A stretch of 64,000 nt of DNA from Candidatus Latescibacterota bacterium. GTDB taxonomy: Bacteria; Latescibacterota; UBA2968; UBA8231. Under the pieces are notes generated by a model, which was not told the origin of the DNA, did no database searches, and worked only from the letters and a program-made list of their open reading frames with translations. How positions within the stretch are numbered: position 1 is the stretch's first letter; each line of letters starts with the position of its first letter. Position numbers and translations under genes: made by a program. Shown in pieces: positions 62,792 to 64,000 of this stretch. The DNA is taken from contig CBDETY010000003.1 of the NCBI GenBank assembly GCA_965243025.1, positions 960,001 through 1,024,000 of the forward strand, written 5' to 3'.

Positions 62792-63157
62792 GACCAGATG
62801 GACAGGCTGTCCTCTGTTGCCGTGTACCTGCCCTTTACAAGGGTTTCAAGGGTGACTTCCAGGACCTCTGCGGATACCTCGGCAAGGAGGGTCATGGTGA
62901 AAGGGTAAGGGTGATTTCGGAGTAGATTACCTGGATGTGCCCAGAATCTACCAATTATTTCATGACTTTTGGGTGATATTTAGGGGTTTTAAAATGATTA
63001 ATTTATGATACCGACAGTTCTACGGAGTCTCCTCCCACCCTGGATCCAATCAGCCCAGCCCGGGCATGTTCCCGTTCCCGAAGTCGGGTTTCCGAGGCGA
63101 GCCGAAGCCACAACGACGGTACCTGAGCAGGGAATCCGTTTCGAAGGATGGGGCGGA

Positions 63158-63300
63158 ATGGAAGAGAGCCTCTCGGAACGATCAGGAGTAAAGCCCGCTA
63201 CGTGGGCACCCTGTCCCGGTTGAAGCGAGACCCAGCCCTGCGGATCAACGAAAGCCCGGACTTCAACACGGTGCTGCAAGGGGTACTGGGCTCGGGGGAA
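63158..63300 (+). pseudogene. 5' remnant of a third GAF-PAS-HK-REC-wHTH paralog
   Basis: LSRL...LRINESPDFNTVLQGVL matches LRINESLDFNTVLQGVLDS of 35744-38191. Confidence 0.75.
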
Positions 63301-63711
63301 GGACAACGAGCCGTCGCGAACGGAAAGGGAAATGGCTGGAGCCCGTTGGCATCACCCAAGAGCAGGGGTCTTTAAGGCTATGCCTCCTTGGCCCGTTCTC
63401 AGTTCAGGGAGCCGGGCAAGATGTTCGAACCCGGGTGGAGACAGAAAGAGGAGCGTACCTCGTTGCCGAGGCTCAGGACGAGTCCTTGAGCCCCCTCGGA
63501 CAGATGATGACGGTGTAATCGTCCACACGGAACATCGTAGGATCGCCCCTCCCGGCTGCGTCGCGTGCCTGTATTTTCGTTACCGGCTAAAGGATAGGCG
63601 CAACGGATTGCACCTACCCCTCGGTCGGCAGCTACCGGCTGCGCCAGTGGTTCAGGACGATCTGAATCACCTCCAGCGCGACTTCCAGCAGAATCGCCAA
63701 CCATCTTGGCA

Positions 63712-64000
63712 TCATGAGGTATCACCCCCTTCCCGTGGTGGGTCTTTCCGGATGAACTTCCCGGTCTCGTCCCGCACTCTGCGCTGGGCAGCCCGCTGGG
63801 CAGCCCGGCTTCTCGGGCTGGGTCCTTCCGGATCTACGCCGTTCTGGATATCGTCGTCAGGGATACCGGAGGTGTCCTGTGGATCGGGCTCCGGCTCCAT
63901 TCCGAAGTCGCGACGGACGACAGACAGCTTGTCCTTCACCTTCGCCTTGATCCACTCGGTATGGACCTTGTTGAGGGCGAGCTTGTAGAGGTACACCCCC
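63712..64000 (-). CDS. C-terminal end of a hypothetical protein entering from the window edge
   Basis: Open frame to the edge with GC3-rich codons. No recognisable motif. Confidence 0.5.
   Translation of the reverse strand, partial: GVYLYKLALNKVHTEWIKAKVKDKLSVVRRDFGMEPEPDPQDTSGIPDDDIQNGVDPEGPSPRSRAAQRAAQRRVRDETGKFIRKDPPREGGDTS

Overview
GC-rich bacterial accessory region. Its content (WD40, LRR, RCC1 and GLUG repeat proteins carrying EF-hand/dockerin-like and FlgD-Ig 'NxPNPFN' domains, plus C-terminal 'S/TWGxxK' tails) resembles Latescibacterota/Poribacteria-type sponge symbionts; this assignment is inference only. In order it holds: the 3' end of a group II intron; a cytochrome c/beta-barrel gene and a pentaheme cytochrome gene; a tight three-gene operon (TIGR02466-like 2OG-Fe(II) oxygenase, a secreted protein with a 340-residue Asp/Glu tract, and an HTTM/vitamin K-dependent gamma-carboxylase homolog); a ~2000-aa surface-protein gene split by IS3; a lipoprotein gene split by IS256; a lone WYL regulator facing a structured non-coding segment; two GAF-PAS-HK-REC-wHTH fusion regulators; an MFS transporter; large WD40- and LRR-metallopeptidase surface proteins; and many decayed paralog fragments. 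The best candidate for an undescribed system is the operon at 4188-8072, which may encode a bacterial gamma-carboxylase together with its own poly-acidic substrate. All family assignments come from reading motifs by eye; no database searches were run.
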